DNA of 64,000 bases from an uncultured Eubacteriales bacterium (lineage in GTDB: Bacteria; Bacillota; Clostridia; Oscillospirales; Acutalibacteraceae). The stretch spans positions 4,233 through 68,232 of the forward strand of contig CAYNMU010000001.1 of the NCBI GenBank assembly GCA_964398395.1, given 5' to 3'. Under the pieces are notes generated by a model. That model had not been told where the DNA came from, ran no database searches, and worked only from the letters and a program-made list of their open reading frames with translations. The translations under genes were made by a program, and so were the position numbers. Within the stretch, counting starts at the first letter, position 1, and every line of letters starts with the position of its first letter. Positions 62,678 through 64,000 of this stretch are shown piece after piece.

Positions 62678-64000
62678 ATGAGTTTAAACAATGTTGTTAA
62701 AAGATTGCAGGATGTTATGCGCAACGACGCCGGCGTGAACGGCGATGCCCAGCGCATTGAACAGATGGTGTGGCTGCTGTTCTTAAAGGTGTACGATGCC
62801 AAGGAAATGCTGTGGGAGTTCCACGATGAAAACTTTCAGTCCATCATACCCGAGCCGTTAAGGTGGCGAAATTGGGCGGTGGATAAAAAAGACAGCAAAG
62901 CCATGACGGCGCAGACGCTGTTGACCTTCGTCAATGAGCAATTATTCCCGCAGCTCAAAGACATCGCCCTTGATGAAAAAACACCGATGAGCAAGGCGAT
63001 TGTCAAAACCGCATTTGAGGACAGCTATAATTATATGAAAGACGGCGTTCTGCTCCGGCAGGTGGTCAATGTTATTGATGAAATTGACTTTACCGAGTAT
63101 GCCGAGCGGCACGCCTTTAATGAGATATACGAGCAGATTTTAAAAGACCTGCAAGCCCAGCGCAGCAGCGGCGAGTTTTACACACCAAGGGCCGTAACGG
63201 ATTTTATGGTGCAGATGTTAAAGCCCAAATTGGGCGAGAGCATCGGCGACTTTGCCTGCGGCACAGGCGGGTTTTTGACTTCTTCACTCAAATACCTTGA
63301 ACCGCAAATCAACACCGTTGAGGATAAAGAACTGTACAACCAAAGTGTGTATGGCATTGAGAAAAAGGCCCTGCCGTACCTGCTTTGCGTCACCAATATG
63401 CTCCTGCATGACATTGACGAGCCGGTGATTATCCACGGCAATTCGCTCGATAAAAATGTGCGGGATTACAGGGATGACGACCGCTTCAATATTATCCTGA
63501 TGAATCCGCCCTACGGCGGCAATGAAAAAGATTCCGTCAAAATCAACTTCCCCATGGAACTTCGCAGCAGCGAAACGGCGGACCTTTTTATGGATGTCAT
63601 TATGTACCGGCTCAAACACAACGGGCGCGCGGGTATTATTCTGCCTGACGGTTTTCTGTTCGGTACGGATAACGCGAAGTCCGCCATCAAAGCAAAGCTG
63701 TTAAGCGAGTTTAATCTGCATACGGTTATCCGTTTGCCGCACAGCGTCTTTGCGCCTTATACCTCTATTACCACCAACATCCTGTTTTTTGAAAATAACG
63801 GACCAACGAAAGAAACCTGGTTTTACAGGCTCGATATGCCGGACGGTTACAAGAATTTTTCCAAAACAAAGCCGATGAGGCTGGAGCATTTCGCGCCCGT
63901 TGGTGAATGGTGGAACAACAGGCAGGAAATTAACATTGACGGCTTTGACAAGGCAAAGTACTTTACAGCGCAGGAGATTAAAGATAAGGCGTATAACATC
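62678..64000 (+). CDS. hsdM: Type I restriction-modification system methyltransferase subunit (HsdM), C-terminally incomplete at window edge
   Basis: Absent from the ORF track because it has no stop in the window. ATG 62678 with GGGAG 7 nt upstream. Hand translation gives MSLNNVVKRLQDVMRNDAGVNGDAQRIEQMVWLLFLKV..., SAM motif I DFACGTGGFL and catalytic motif IV NPPYGG. The frame is open through position 64000. Confidence 0.9.
   Translation, partial: MSLNNVVKRLQDVMRNDAGVNGDAQRIEQMVWLLFLKVYDAKEMLWEFHDENFQSIIPEPLRWRNWAVDKKDSKAMTAQTLLTFVNEQLFPQLKDIALDEKTPMSKAIVKTAFEDSYNYMKDGVLLRQVVNVIDEIDFTEYAERHAFNEIYEQILKDLQAQRSSGEFYTPRAVTDFMVQMLKPKLGESIGDFACGTGGFLTSSLKYLEPQINTVEDKELYNQSVYGIEKKALPYLLCVTNMLLHDIDEPVIIHGNSLDKNVRDYRDDDRFNIILMNPPYGGNEKDSVKINFPMELRSSETADLFMDVIMYRLKHNGRAGIILPDGFLFGTDNAKSAIKAKLLSEFNLHTVIRLPHSVFAPYTSITTNILFFENNGPTKETWFYRLDMPDGYKNFSKTKPMRLEHFAPVGEWWNNRQEINIDGFDKAKYFTAQEIKDKAYNI

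Overview
This is a 64-kb chromosomal segment from a low-to-mid GC Firmicute. It is probably a gut Clostridia member, Oscillospiraceae/Ruminococcaceae-like. That placement is an inference from the dockerin/FIVAR/Big_2 surface proteins, the MORN and DUF6273-type genes and the strong GGAGG Shine-Dalgarno (SD) usage. I can support about 46 protein-coding genes and one tRNA-Thr(CGU). I see no rRNA, CRISPR array, transposase, integrase or phage genes.

**Layout**
- 1-15.1 kb, mostly minus strand: a response regulator (RR) and histidine kinase (HK) pair upstream of a membrane-anchored, possibly HtrA-like, gene. Also carbohydrate and organic-acid metabolism genes (galM, HAD phosphatase, malic enzyme, Ldh_2 dehydrogenase, glpK), an SDR-GtrA pair, an orphan zinc-ribbon membrane protein, and a lipoprotein-SDR-GPH transporter operon.
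- 15.4-38.5 kb: an accessory-looking, surface-protein-rich block that starts at tRNA-Thr. It holds two copies of a MORN-repeat protein plus lectin-like lipoprotein module, an LRR/FN3 protein, a DUF4838 and polytopic membrane protein operon, an amidohydrolase, htpG, two divergent giant dockerin-bearing proteins (1184 and 1307 aa) and a beta-rich secreted protein.
- 39-59 kb, mostly plus strand: a C_GCAxxG_C_C and URO-D-like pair, a ceramidase-like protein, uxaC, the gcvT-gcvH-gcvPA-gcvPB glycine cleavage operon, a secreted metallophosphoesterase, an SRAP peptidase, PrsW, an esterase, a divergent pair of putative glycoside hydrolases, and a small HD (alarmone hydrolase-like) protein.
- 59.2-64 kb: a cluster of GC-rich hairpin repeats, a truncated rhuM fragment and a type I restriction-modification (R-M) locus. 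hsdR is complete and hsdM runs off the right edge.

**Most interesting observations**
- The duplicated MORN/lectin-like lipoprotein module, including a protein with MORN blocks on both sides of one TM helix.
- The divergent dockerin giants, one of which carries a gingipain/HagA-type adhesin module.
- A roughly 65-nt structured intergenic repeat found twice.
- Tandem TTAG-containing heptamer arrays sitting on gene 3' ends.
- A probable ATT-initiated membrane protein gene.
- Several unannotated small ORFs.

No single locus can be shown from sequence alone to be a new system. Functional ideas are flagged as inference.
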